Origin: Entomortierella parvispora E1425
Lineage: Eukaryota > Fungi > Mortierellomycota
Direction: 5' to 3'
Length of the DNA stretch: 64,000 nt
NCBI GenBank assembly: GCA_020891255.1
Contig: BQFW01000007.1
Span: forward strand, 496,001 to 560,000
In this document: positions 34,843-46,825 of the stretch, in pieces
Layout of the letters: each line of letters opens with the position of its first letter
Position numbering within the stretch: position 1 is the first letter of the stretch
Notes under the pieces: generated by a model
The model's input: the letters and a program-made list of their open reading frames with translations, nothing else
The model's database searches: none
Told to the model about the DNA's origin: nothing
Program-made: the position numbers and the translations under genes

Positions 34843-35942
34843 TGGCCTGCCTTTATCTGCTTCGCTTCTCACCTTTTCCTTTCTGTTCTTCACCCTTCCA
34901 CTTCCCTTGCCACACCACCATGACCCAACATCCATCCACTGTCCCCACACTCTCTCCCCCAGCTGTCCATACCTCTCCAACACCTTTCCTTCCTTCGCAA
35001 CCAGCTCTTCACTGGCCCTTCTTGCCCTTCTCGTCCGACCACCTCCTGTTATCTTTTTCTCTCGTTCCCGGCTTTCAGCACTAACACCTTTTCTTTTTCC
35101 TGCTTTTCCCCCCTAACACTCTTGCCTCCAGTCTTCCCCCTTTCTTCCCAGTCTGTCTCCTCAACGAAACGAACCTTGCACTCACCAAAAACTCTCGTTC
35201 TTGCCCACCGCTTAGATGACCTTGATACCCTGATGCCTTGATGTATGAATGCTATGTTGGATATGAAGACTTGATGTATGTTGCCTTGATGTATGATGCC
35301 TGGATGTGTGATGCCTTGATGTGTGATGTCTTGATGTATGAATGCCTGATGTATGATGCCTTGATGTATGAATGCTATGTTGGATAAGATGACCTGTTGC
35401 TTGATGACTTGATGTTTGCATGCTATGTTGAGTTTTGATGACTTGTTGTATGAATACTATGCTCGGTTGCTTGATGATATGATGTATGCATGCTATGCTG
35501 GTCTTGATGATATGAATGATGTGATGCTATGATATGATGATATGGTAAGTGGTCCTCCTTGTCCTTCCCCTCCCCTCCCCTCTCCTTCTTCTTTGGCAAG
35601 AGTCTTAATAGGGATAGGTTCTCAAGCCAAGATGATGAACAGTCCTCCAAGAATCAAGGTCAACAGTGCCGATGGCTCCAGCTCTTTCGATTGTTGTCTC
35701 TCTAAAGAAAGAAAAAAGCAATAAACAGCGATCGAGCAAAATGAAACAACAAAACAAAAAAAAAAAGAGAAGTCTCTTCAGGGCCTCATGGCACTCATCG
35801 ATTAGCCACAGGAAACCAAACAGGGTGGGCAAGACAAAGTCAGCTTGCATGTCGTTCAGTGACTCTGCTTTCCTCTGGATGGACAAAGAGTTGGCGTTTG
35901 GTTGCTCTTTGCGCTGGAGGGTTTGATCCGCACCCCTATAAG
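34342..35942 (-). repeat. Right arm (1.6 kb) of the long inverted repeat
   Basis: Where I compared the arms by eye, differences are 4 substitutions in the innermost ~60 bp plus several 1-nt homopolymer length differences (e.g. T21/A22, T10/A9, G6/C5). Confidence 0.97.
35236..35374 (-). repeat. Mirror copy of the 14-16 nt tandem repeat (right arm)
   Basis: ccttgatgtatgaatg / ccttgatgtatgatg / cctggatgtgtgatg units, the reverse complement of the left-arm array. Confidence 0.9.
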
Positions 35943-36461
35943 ATGATGGTGTGTGCAATGAGAATACCAGGCAAAATTGTTCAGCGCGCACTGGCCAACT
36001 CGCTTCAAGTTACAAATCCACTTGCTGTTCCACCGCAGGACGCGTTCTGGACCTGAGGCACCCTTCCGCGTCAAAAGTAGAGCAGTGCCCGTGTCGCCCA
36101 GATGAGTAAACGACTTAAGACTGTGCACGCAGTTTCAGAATGCCTGAGGGTAGCCTCATACCAATGCCCACGGTTCCAGTACCTGTGAATTTTGAGTTGC
36201 TGAACAATTCAACGAGCAGGTGCACACTCCAAAAAAGCCCCCTCTCCTGAAAGCAGCCCTCGATGACAAAGTCCACTTCTTATTCTGCCTTAAAGCAGTT
36301 TATCTCAGTATTCCGCCAACCGCTGATGGATCTCGCCTTACTCAACCGGCTTCCAAAGGGTCACAGGCGCGGAGTGGTAAAAGATCGGTCCCACCCCCCC
36401 TTTTTTTTTGTTTCTTGCGCGAGTTTCTGCCTGTCTTTTACTCTCTCTGGAATGTACCCTC

Positions 36462-38027
36462 ATGCATCCTCATCCACTCCATCTTCCCGAGGTTCTTGGC
36501 CTCTTCGGTCCTTTCCTCTCCATAGAGTCCCTCGCCTGTTGCATCCTTGTCAATCGGCAATGGCACACAGTGTACATGCCTCATCTCTGGCATACTGTCT
36601 GCGTCTCAACTCATTTTGCCCATGGGCCCTACATTCTGTCCAACTTGGCGCTCCATGCTCATCTTGTGCAATACCTGGATTATGGCATTGAAGGCGACGC
36701 TCAGGAGCAACCATTCTCCGAGCTCCATTTTCCGCGTCTCCGGTCCATGACCCTCTATAGTCGTGGCAGCCAACCAACTCTTGGCCAAATTCTCTGGCGG
36801 CGACACATGGATCATATCCAAACCTTGAACATACAGAACGCATCTGAGCTTCACTCAGGTTTCTTCAAACGAGTCCAACCGGGCGCGTTTTGTGCGTTAA
36901 AGTCCTTGACGTTGGCGAATGGATCCCTTGTGTTCGAAGATATGGACAATGATGTCCGAGAACTTCTCTGTCAATTGGACTCGCTGGACTTGCGACTTGT
37001 CACGCTGAGCGAGGTCGACATCGACACCAGACCTAACTACATCCCCCAATGGGAATTCATGACGGACAGCAGCGACCATGCTGCGGAGCGCAGGTCGCCT
37101 AATATTCGGCACCTCTCTCTAACAAGTTGTCGAAGCTTGGCCGACGAGCTTCACTTGATCAAAGAATGCCGGCAACTCGAATCTTTGGAATGGAAGGATA
37201 TTCGACGAAGAACTGTACCGCCAAAGAGTTTTGTCCGAGTCAGCGGGATGTGCCCATTTCTGGAGAAGCTGCATCTCACAATGGAATTCCAAGACGAGGA
37301 CCTAGCATTGTTCCTAGGCAGGTTGACCTGTCCTCTCCGAGAATTGAGCGTGGTAGGGTCATTTTTTGGAGATCAGAGTGCGCAGGCTTTACTGGACGCG
37401 TCAGGACCGAATGGCGAGAGGAAACATAGTAATCGATTGGAGAAGCTTTCTTGGATTGACAAGGGTGCGACCACAGGTGCGATGATACAGCGGATCATGT
37501 GCGAGTGTCCAAAACTAAAGGATTTTCAGGCAAGGTTAATAACGGACTTGGACTTACAGAAGGATCCGCGCCCTTGGGTCTGCACCGATCTGCGATCTTT
37601 GAGTATCACATTAGCCCTAGTGATGAATGACCAAGACAATGATGACAAGACCCTTACAATCTCGCCCTTCTTTGATCGCCTATCGACTCTTACCCGCTTC
37701 GACACCTTGGTCCTTTTCAATATGATACGTAACAGTCGTAATGGAGAAATTGAAGAGGCAGCATGCAGGGATCAGAAGTTCAAGCTGATGGAGGTCAATC
37801 TCGAGAAAGGGCTGGATCGGCTTAACACTTTGACGAGTCTTCGATTATTCGACCTGGAACTCACTGAACCCAATACGTTTTCTGCAGAGGAAGCTCTTTG
37901 GATAGTTCAACATTGGCCTCGACTCGACAGGATTAATGTTTCAAAGGTGCAGGACGCAAATAAGCAAGAGATCCAGAATATTTTTGAAAAGTCCTGGGTG
38001 CAGTGCAATTTTGAAAATGTCTGGTAA
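36462..38027 (+). CDS. F-box protein with LRR-like (RNI-like) C-terminal region, single exon
   Basis: HPLHLPEVLGLFGPFLSIESLACCILVNRQWHTVYMPHLWHTV F-box, followed by LRR-like repeats (FPRLRSMTL, CALKSLTL, CRQLESLEW, CPFLEKLHL, CPKLKDF, WVCTDLRSLSI). Confidence 0.85.
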   Translation: MHPHPLHLPEVLGLFGPFLSIESLACCILVNRQWHTVYMPHLWHTVCVSTHFAHGPYILSNLALHAHLVQYLDYGIEGDAQEQPFSELHFPRLRSMTLYSRGSQPTLGQILWRRHMDHIQTLNIQNASELHSGFFKRVQPGAFCALKSLTLANGSLVFEDMDNDVRELLCQLDSLDLRLVTLSEVDIDTRPNYIPQWEFMTDSSDHAAERRSPNIRHLSLTSCRSLADELHLIKECRQLESLEWKDIRRRTVPPKSFVRVSGMCPFLEKLHLTMEFQDEDLALFLGRLTCPLRELSVVGSFFGDQSAQALLDASGPNGERKHSNRLEKLSWIDKGATTGAMIQRIMCECPKLKDFQARLITDLDLQKDPRPWVCTDLRSLSITLALVMNDQDNDDKTLTISPFFDRLSTLTRFDTLVLFNMIRNSRNGEIEEAACRDQKFKLMEVNLEKGLDRLNTLTSLRLFDLELTEPNTFSAEEALWIVQHWPRLDRINVSKVQDANKQEIQNIFEKSWVQCNFENVW

Positions 38028-38142
38028 GGAAGACCAAAATAAAAAAATAAAATAAAAAAGAGGTTGACCATCCATTTTTTATTCTGAGAGGATAACTGTA
38101 ACTGCTGTGTCTGATCTGCATCGAACCAGCCAATCAGGACCA

Positions 38143-41100
38143 TCAGATGACGAAATGACTCAACTCCTTGACCGGCGAGGGCACATTGCTCAACCCTAGT
38201 CCTGCTTTGTAAGATCCGAGATCGGCAATCATCGCTTTACCTTCTGTCAACTGAACCTTCTCATCCACCAGTTTCTGAGAGCGCATGTGGATAGACATTG
38301 TCTTGCTCATGGGAGAGTCTGGCAAAACACTCTCTGCAAAGAATCGCTTCACGTCGTTGAGCGAGACTTTCTCGATCTTTTCCGCTTCATCTGCAGCCTG
38401 AGTAAAATCGTACCGGCCAGACAATATTTGTTTCCAGTGTCTTAAAGTTTCTTGGCTCAGATTCTTGTCCTTTTCCAGCTTGTTCTGAATAAGAGATCTA
38501 GTATACTTCTGGAACCCTTCCTCCGACATGGTTTCCAGCAAATTAGCGATCCTCACTCTCAAAAACTCCTCGATCCGATTCTCCACATACATAGGGTCCC
38601 GAGTCGACTGCACTTGGATCGAGATCCCGATATTGCTGCCGTCAGCTAGGAACGAACAATGTACACTATATCCCAGCTGTTCAATTGTGCGCAATTGACT
38701 AAAGCATGGCTCCTTGGCGATATGGCTTACGATCTGTGCCAGAACGCGATCAGTTTCGCGTTTCGTGACATCACCAGAGGACTGATTCTGAAACTGAATG
38801 TAGTAGTTGACGGCTGAATTGGTTTCGACTGGGTCAGGAACTTCATGAACAAGAATGGCCTTGAACTTTTCCGGCATGATAACGGATCGCCCATGCACCT
38901 GCTGCGACGGTAAAAGACTCTTGGATGCTAGATTTCTTTCCACGATCTCCCCTGATAACAAAGCCTGAGAATCAGACATGTTGCCGTGGACTAAACCCTC
39001 GATGTGGACTCTTGAGAATACCTGTCGATGGAACAGCTGGAATTCGTCCAATGTGACTTGTTGGAGTTCTTCAAGTTGCTCGCTATAAAGCCACCTTCTC
39101 TCTGAACGGAGATACTTCATAAAGTACGAAGCTTGGACATCCACTCGCTGATGATCAGTATTTTTCAAGTCTGTCTCCAAACGATCTTTGACCCTTCGGA
39201 ATTGATCTTGACCAGGCGTGAGCGTCTTGAGAGCGTGGATAATCCTCTCAAGAAGTATGTTGGCCTTTTCGCTATATCCACTGATCTTGAGGATCATTCC
39301 ATCCATGGTACTGGTGAAGGAATATGAAAGTCCTGCGAGGGTGGCGCCATAGGCTTCCTCTTCAAGGGTATCCTTGACCAAATGCACCATGAGCTTCGAT
39401 TGGACATGGTTGCTTGGAGAAGATATCGCGACGGGTGAATGCAGGCGGAAGTTGATATTCACTTTTGGTGTTCCAAAGATGGTATCCTGCTTGTGCCAAA
39501 GTCGTGATATGGGGGTGTTCTTGATCAAGACAGGACGAACAAGCGAGTCGGGTATTTTTTCAGTCTGGTTGCTATCCAAGATGGCTGGAATGTATGGATT
39601 GGGTGTGGGCACATGGAGGTCGGGGTGGAGCTCCAGAGTTTGCAGCTTGGCGACGAGCGAAGACGAAACGCTTGCGACGTGGTATTCTGCTCTATACCAG
39701 TACTCCACTGCTGTGAGCTCACCGCCTGGAATAATTGAAAGATCTGGAGACACAACCATCGCTTTCCAGCGGTCGATCTGCAGCTCATGGATGTAGCTCA
39801 TAACTAGCTTTGGATTGATATCGCGTAAAAGATGGGCACCTGAAAGCACCATCTCGGGGGCATATCCTTTGTGCATGGACCGTCCAACTTCTTGAACGTA
39901 GACTGCAGCACGACTCTGGTCCTTGTAACGGAATTCCATGTGTGTCAATGAGAAAACCTGTTACAGAAAAAACAAGGGTATGGGTGTAAGTCATCATTTT
40001 TTTAAAACTTGTCAATATCAAAACACACATGGTCTTGTACCTCGTCATAGATGTGAGATGGAATCCCTTTCTCCTGAAGCATTTTGATGTACTGAAAAAT
40101 CAGGACAATGACCTCCTCATGGTGGATCAGTCCTTCATTGGTGAGGCCAATACTGATAGTGAACGTGTCATGACCAAGTGTCATCTCGGAAGCGGATGAA
40201 CTCAAGGTGTTGGCCCAGCCTTTTTTCTTCAGCAAGGAGAAAAGAGATCCACCACCTTCATGGCCGATCAAGTGTCCAATGATCCCAGCCGGTCTTGAAG
40301 CATAGTGTGCCGATACACTAGGAATTGGGATCCTGATTGTCATCTTCTTGATATCTTTCACAGGTTTAGCATAGACGATTCTCTATCAACAGATCGAATG
40401 TTAGTCTCTCGGAGATCAACCGAGAAAGGAGAGAAAAAACAACAACAGAGCAGCAACTCGCTCTCACCTGCAACTCCTGCTGTGTCAAGGGTGGGTAGGG
40501 ACAAGGAGAACGCTGAACATGAAGGTTCTTGACTTCAGAAAACTTTTCCACGGCCCACAATGAAAGCTGGTCCAAGGGCTCTATAACCAAGCAACAAACA
40601 AAGACCGTCAGAGCGGGAGTCGACATAGATGCGGGGAGTCAATTGTCAGAGCGTTGTTGTTACCTTGACCGAGGATGACAAGCTTCATGATATTCGAGGA
40701 ATAAAAAGATCTGTAGAACTTGATGATCTCATCCCTGACGTTCAATCCATCGCGAGCTGGGATATCCTGTAGCGACTCCAAGTTGCCGATATCAAACTTC
40801 CAGTAGGGATTCTGACGACTGCAGAGGTGCTTTTCAAGATAAAACATCCTCCACATGTCATTCTGAAGGTTCATTTTATATTCGGAATCCACTGCTCGCG
40901 CCTCGCGCTCTTGGCAATCCTGGTTAAACAGTGGGGAGATGAAAAACTGAGCAAACCTGTAGGAAAGGAAACAATAGATAAGATGTATGATCAGATCACA
41001 GCATAGATAGCCCGATCACAGTGTGCCTTACCGGTCAAGTGCGCCTTCCAAGTGATCGCGCCCAACATCCAGATAATAGTTTGTGTTCTCCCTGCTTGTG

Positions 41101-41561
41101 AATGCATTACGTGATCCTGAATGACTCGCCAAGTACTCGATGTAATCGTTTTCACGCGGATACTTGGATGTGCCGAGGAAAAGCAGGTGCTCTAGAAAGT
41201 GTGCGAGCCCTTGCATGTTGTCCTGATACCACGGATGTCATCAGGTGAAAGAGATAGCACCTTAGTGAGTAGATCAGATCAGAGGACAGAGCTTCGATAC
41301 GACGTCTTTCTTTTCCAGAGACAGGCAGGTCGGTACACATACTGGATCACTGGAGCTACCAACATGGACATTCATGGAGGCTGCGGCTTTGTCAGACTCC
41401 GGGTCGTGAATAAGGAGCACTTCCATGTCGTTTTTCAGTCTGATCAGACGATACAGTCGTTTGTCGTCCGCCGGTTTCTCAATCGATTTCCCAAAGACGA
41501 AATGACTTCCATCCTGGGACTCTTCATATCCTTCCGGTAGTGCGTGAGGCTCGATTGTCAT
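38143..41561 (-). CDS. M16A metallopeptidase (insulin-degrading enzyme / Ste23-like), multi-exon
   Basis: [38 protein letters not shown], inverted zinc motif [63 protein letters not shown]. Confidence 0.93.
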
Positions 41562-42421
41562 TGTTCCTGGATGAGAAAAAGGGATGATGGTACGAAAGAG
41601 AGTTGTGCTATGTGTAAAGAACGTAGAAAGGTGAAAAAAACAAGCTCATTTTATAGCAGCCCAGTTTTTTTCTTCTTTTTGATCCATTGCCCCAGCATGC
41701 TTTTGCAGAGTTGGAAAAAGGAAATTCCCAGCCTGCCGCCCAATGTGAGCTTTTTGTTCAACAAGGTTGAGGAGTTGGGGCGCTTGCTTGCGTGCTGAAG
41801 AGGGACAGAGGAAGAACTCTGATTCTTCCAGGATCAATCCATTAGGCTCCCGTCTTCGCCCTTGCCCCGCCCCGCCCTCGCCCTTGCCTTCGCCCTCGCC
41901 CTACGAGCAATCAGTTTACTAAGCCCATCTAAAGTGATGTGCCCAGAAATTCATGCAGCCAGGGTCTTCCGTGTTCGTTGATGCACAAAATCTTGGCTCT
42001 CACTTTAACAGGGCATATAGCCACAGAATGAGTAACAGAGGCGCGGAGTTACCCTGCGCTGCGTGGCACTGAAATAGGTGAGGCGTGACGAAGAAAGGTA
42101 TTATGGCAATGTAAAGGTGAGGCTGACATGCATGGATTGGATAGGACACTGTACAATGCCCTTAGACCCTCCATTGAATTGTTGCCTAGAATCCTGACTC
42201 AGAACTACAGAGGCTCCATATCTCGTATCCGTAGTCACCTGCTACCTGTTCGCCAGTCGGTTAAGGTTAACGGCATGGTATTGTTGGCGACAGCAATGCA
42301 GCAACAGTTCCTCAGTCCGTCGCAAACAAGTCTCTCCTTTGTTTGGTTTGAGTGCAACAGATCGCCTTCATTTTATCTCTCTTTTCTGCTGACAATTCAT
42401 TCAGGATCGCGGATGACATCT

Positions 42422-44279
42422 TCAAACAGGTCTTGCTAGAGGGTATACTTGACGTCCTTGGGCTGCCAGGATTTCGCGCGTTTTGATCAAGCTACGCTGA
42501 GGTACAGGAGGGACAGTTCCAACGTCCTCATACGGCGCAATGAAGGACGCTTGAGGTCTGTGCAAGACCACCTTTTTCAAGAACCGAAGCCAAAGCCAGG
42601 CAGGCATGTTTCTCCGGAACATTCTGAAGAGGGCTCCTTTCAGATTCTACCAAAAAAAAAAAAAAAAAAAAAAAAATCAGCACAGCGCGAGAATTACGAG
42701 ATGATATCCCTCCCGATGTAGCCTACTTTTTGGTTGCCGGTTGCCAGTCTTCGAGTATCCTCATAGTACTGGACAGCTAGGGGATATCTCTCCAAGTAAT
42801 ACTCCTGGAAGGTCTTTTCTACCGTTGGCACATCCAAAGAAGGGAGAACGTTGATCCAATTGGCAAGGCAAATTGCGTCATGCATCGCCGCGGTTGCTCC
42901 CGAACCTCCAGTAGGATCCAGTTTGTGACATGCTAGAAAAAACCGCCAAAGGGTATGTTAGCCAACTTCCAAGGCAGCACAGCACGTAAACCCAAATGCA
43001 CAGAGGGGATCCCTACCATCACCAATCAACACACAACGTCCAGAGTACCAAGTCTGAAAAACTTTTTCTTCGAGAGACACTTTGGAGATAAGTTCCTTGG
43101 GTGTAACGTCAAAGAGTGTTCCCAGAGTCGATCCAGGAGGTCCATTAGGGATGGGAAAGTCACGTACTTCATCACACATGGCCATCGCAGCCTCTGGTCC
43201 CCATTCAGAGGTTTTGAAAGTGTCGTGATCCTTCATAGTTGTCTTGTCCAGGTGCTGCGTCACCATCCAGCAAATGGTTTTGTGTCCAGTAGTAAAAGTC
43301 CACCACTATATGAAAATGATGTAAATTAGCTGTTGAACGAGATTGTCCCATATTGCTTTCTATAACTTGCACCGCCGCAGTTTCCGTGTCTTACCGTGTA
43401 TTTGTTTTCCACGCCGATCATCTGGTTCGTATCGCAGGTGTCCTTCTTCAGCTCTGGAAAGTCGTTCATATCCAGAGGAGGTGTCTGTCCCACGATGCAG
43501 ATCATGTCGTAGGGCAAGGCAGTGTCATCTGAGGATGGCAAACGTCCCTCTTCCTTCAGCCGGCGGTACAAGTTTTGCCGAATTGAGGAGTTCGTTCCAT
43601 CGCACCCCACAAGAATATCACCCTCGTGCTCTGAGTTGTCTGAGCAGATGATCTTCACTCCATTCTCTACCTCCTTCACCGATAGAATGCGCTTGTTGAA
43701 CAAGATTTTTTCCCTGGGAATACGTCGGAAGAGCATCCCGTAGAATGCGGGACGAGACACAATGCGGCTGTCTGCGCCACCACTATATAAGAGCCGAGCC
43801 AAGATTTGTATTTAGGAATCTCAAGAGCAACCGTAAAGTAAGTCGCCCTACCAAGGTCTTTTCAAAAGAATGGAAGACTTACAAGGCAATTGTGGGACTG
43901 AGGTCGGTGACAAAGTCAAGCTTGGCGTTTCCATCTCTTACCTCGATGGTGTGATTTACAATAGAAGCGGCACGGAAGTCCTCGTAGACGCCTAGTTGAT
44001 GAAGCACGGGTGCTACCCTGGATGCAATGGAAAACGCAGATCCTTCAAACAGAAGAGGGTAAGTTACAGAGGATAAATATTGTCAGAGGGAATTGCGTTA
44101 TATGTCAATGAGATTGTACCCAAAGGCTTGACAGCCAGGCTGCGCTCAAAGATAGTGTAGGGTACTCCAGCCTTCTCAAGGAGGAGGGCGAGGGTCAAAC
44201 CACTGATGCCTGCACCGACGATCAGGACTCTAGGACGGGTCGGCGGGGGTGAAAAAGATGCGGGCGGGCCTTGAGACAT
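42422..44279 (-). CDS. FAD-dependent monooxygenase (group A flavoprotein), tandem copy 1 of 4, 6 exons
   Basis: RVLIVGAGISGL (GxGxxG), VGCDGTNSSIR (DG motif), LIGD|ACHKLDPTGGSGA...MHDA (GD motif). Splice phases checked; frame intact. Confidence 0.92.
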
Positions 44280-44611
44280 AGTCGACTAAAGAGGAGGGGG
44301 AGGAATGAAGAAGGGTGGAGTGAGGAAGGTGCAGTGAATGACTGGAAGGGTGCATCTCTTGCTCATTAGTCGGCCCGCATTCACCCTCATGTGCTGCTCA
44401 TTCTTCTTCCTCCATCAGCTCTTGACTTTGTGCGACACAACAAAAGGGACAAAAGTTGGATGTGGAGCAGAAAGCAAGGTCCTCAAATGTTGCACAAGCT
44501 CTTTTGCCCTGCTGCTCTGCCCTGCAGCTGTCACAACTTGTTTGCCCGGTCAACTGCAGCCGGCTTGGCAGTGCGCATGGTCATCTTTATATACTGGTGA
44601 GATCTATGTCA

Positions 44612-46517
44612 TCATATGGTTGCTGCCATATCGTGCACCTGGCGTCCTTGAGCCGCGAGGATCTCACGTGTTTTGATCAAGCTCCGTTGAGGTGCAGGCG
44701 GAACCGTTCCTACATCCTTGTAGGGCGGCAAGAACGAGGCTTGAGGCCGGTGCAAGACCACCTTTTTCAAAAACAGGGTCCAAAGCCAGTTCGGCATTCT
44801 CCTTCGAAAAAGTCGAGCAAAAGCACCCTTGAAGTTCTAGATATGAGAAAAGAAAGGAGAGAGTCAGATCCAGCATCCGTGGAAGCCTAGGGTGAAGATC
44901 ATCCTTGACCTTCAATTCCGCCCTACTCGTGAATACCTTCTTGTTGCTTGCCGCCAGTAGCTGAGAACTCTCAAAGTATTGAATTGCGATGGGATATCGC
45001 TCCAGGTAATACTCTTGAAAGATGTTTTCAACTGCTCGCTCATCCAACGAGGGAAGGACATTGATCCAATTGGCAAGACAGATAGCGTCCTGCATTCCTG
45101 CGGTGGCCCCAACTCCCCCTGCTGGATCCAATTTGTGGCAGGCTGCATCCCACGGAACACAAAACACAGAGAAATCGCAAGACAGGATCATGAAAACATT
45201 AATCGCACGATCTTTTTTTTTTTTTTTTAAAAAAAACACACATGCTGTTGGCACAACTAAGTTTCTTACCATCACCGATCAATACGGTTCGGCCAGAGTA
45301 CCAGGTCTGGAAGACCTTTTCTTCCAGCGTCACTTTGGAAATGAGTTCCTTGGGCGTTAGATCGATCAATGTCCCAAGAGTTGATCCAGAAGGTCCATTC
45401 GGGATCGCAAAATCCCGCACCTCGTCGCACATGGCCATCGCAGCCTCTGGTCCCCATTCAGACGTTTTAAAAGTATCATGGTCTTTCATTGATGTCTTGT
45501 CGAGATGCTTGACAACCATCCAGCAGATAGTATCGTACGCTGTGGTGAATGTCGCCCACTATACACAGAGAAGGCGAAGAAAATGCCAAGAGGGTGTCAA
45601 AAAAATGCAATTGAAATCTTCGAACGAGCTCCCCATCCAGATCCGGTTTCATTACCGTGAACATTTTCTCTACGCCAACCATGGTATGCATTTCACATTC
45701 TTCTTTCTTCAGCTCGGGAAAGACATTCACGTCCAAGGGCGGTGTCTGGCCTACGATACATATCTTGTCATAGGGTAGGGCCGTGTCATCTGAAGGTGGG
45801 AGACGACCTTGGTCTCTGAGCCTAGAGAACATGGCCTGGCGAACAGCCGAGTTTGTCCCATCGCAGCCCATGATAAGATCACCCTCGTACTCTGAACTGT
45901 CCGAGCAAACGATCTTTACGCCACTTTCTGTGTTCTTCACAGACAGGATGCGCTTGTTGAACAAGATTTTCTCTTTGGGGATCCCCCTATAGAGAATCTC
46001 ATAGAAAGCAGGACGAGAGATAATACGTCCCTCGGCGCCCCCGCTAAGTAATCTTTTTAGTAAATAACAATAGGAACGGGGGATATCTCCTTCCCTGATC
46101 TCAAGAGGCAAGAAAATTGAAGACTTACAAGGCCGCGCCTGCAGTGAAGTCCGATACATAATCCAACTTTCCATCCTCATGTCGATTGTATGTAAACCTG
46201 TTAATAAGAGAAGCAGCGCAAAAGTCGTCGTAGATGCCCAACTGATTCAGGAGAGGGGTGATTCTTGATCCAAGAGCAAAGGCCGACCCTTCAATGTAGA
46301 AAATGCAAAATTCCTTGGTGAGAAAGTGAGATCCGAAATAAGTTGCACGTTGTCACCAGAAAAGGCACCCACCTAATGGTCTGGCTGCAAAGCTACGTTC
46401 AAAGAGAGTGTAAGGAACCCCAGCTTTCTCGAGGAGGAGGGCAAGAGTCAGGCCGCTAATGCCAGCACCAACGATCAAGACCCGGGGACGCGTTGGCGGA
46501 GAAGTGAATACTTGCAT
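44612..46517 (-). CDS. FAD-dependent monooxygenase, tandem copy 2 of 4, 6 exons
   Basis: MQVFTSPPTRPRVLIVGAGISGL, MGCDGTNSAVR, LIGD|ACHKLDPAGGVGATAGMQDA. Same intron positions as copy 1; frame intact. Confidence 0.9.
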
Positions 46518-46825
46518 TTAGGTGCAGAAGAAACGAGGAGAAAAATGAGAAGTGGAGGAGAAAAAAAAAGGAAGAAAGAAGTTGTGGGTGCCAGGGTGAA
46601 TGGCAACACGATTGTCCCCTTCCCATCTCCCCATCCTCCCACCTTCCCATCTTCATGTGCTCATTCTTGAACTTGATTGATCTCTCATTTGCTCCTGCCT
46701 TGTGTACTTTGTGCCCCGCTTGTGCTCTGAACTCAATCAAGTCACATCGGTCGCAGGCCTATTATTTTCCCTTCGTTGTACAACAAACTTTTATTGCACT
46801 CTTTCCAAAGCGAAGATAGTGGTCA

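Larger units (their letters stand above)
32500..35936. mobile_element. Possible non-autonomous foldback-like DNA element (long TIRs with internal tandem repeats, no transposase)
   Basis: Termini GGGGTG...CACCCC are flanked on both sides by TATA (32496-32499 and 35937-35940), a possible TA/TATA target duplication. No coding capacity. Degenerate inverted homology continues outside these ends, which argues against a simple insertion. Confidence 0.3.

Noticed and set aside
41865-41902. GCCCT-type short GC-rich repeats upstream of the M16 peptidase
   Set aside because: Simple low-complexity promoter-region repeat with no specific function supportable.
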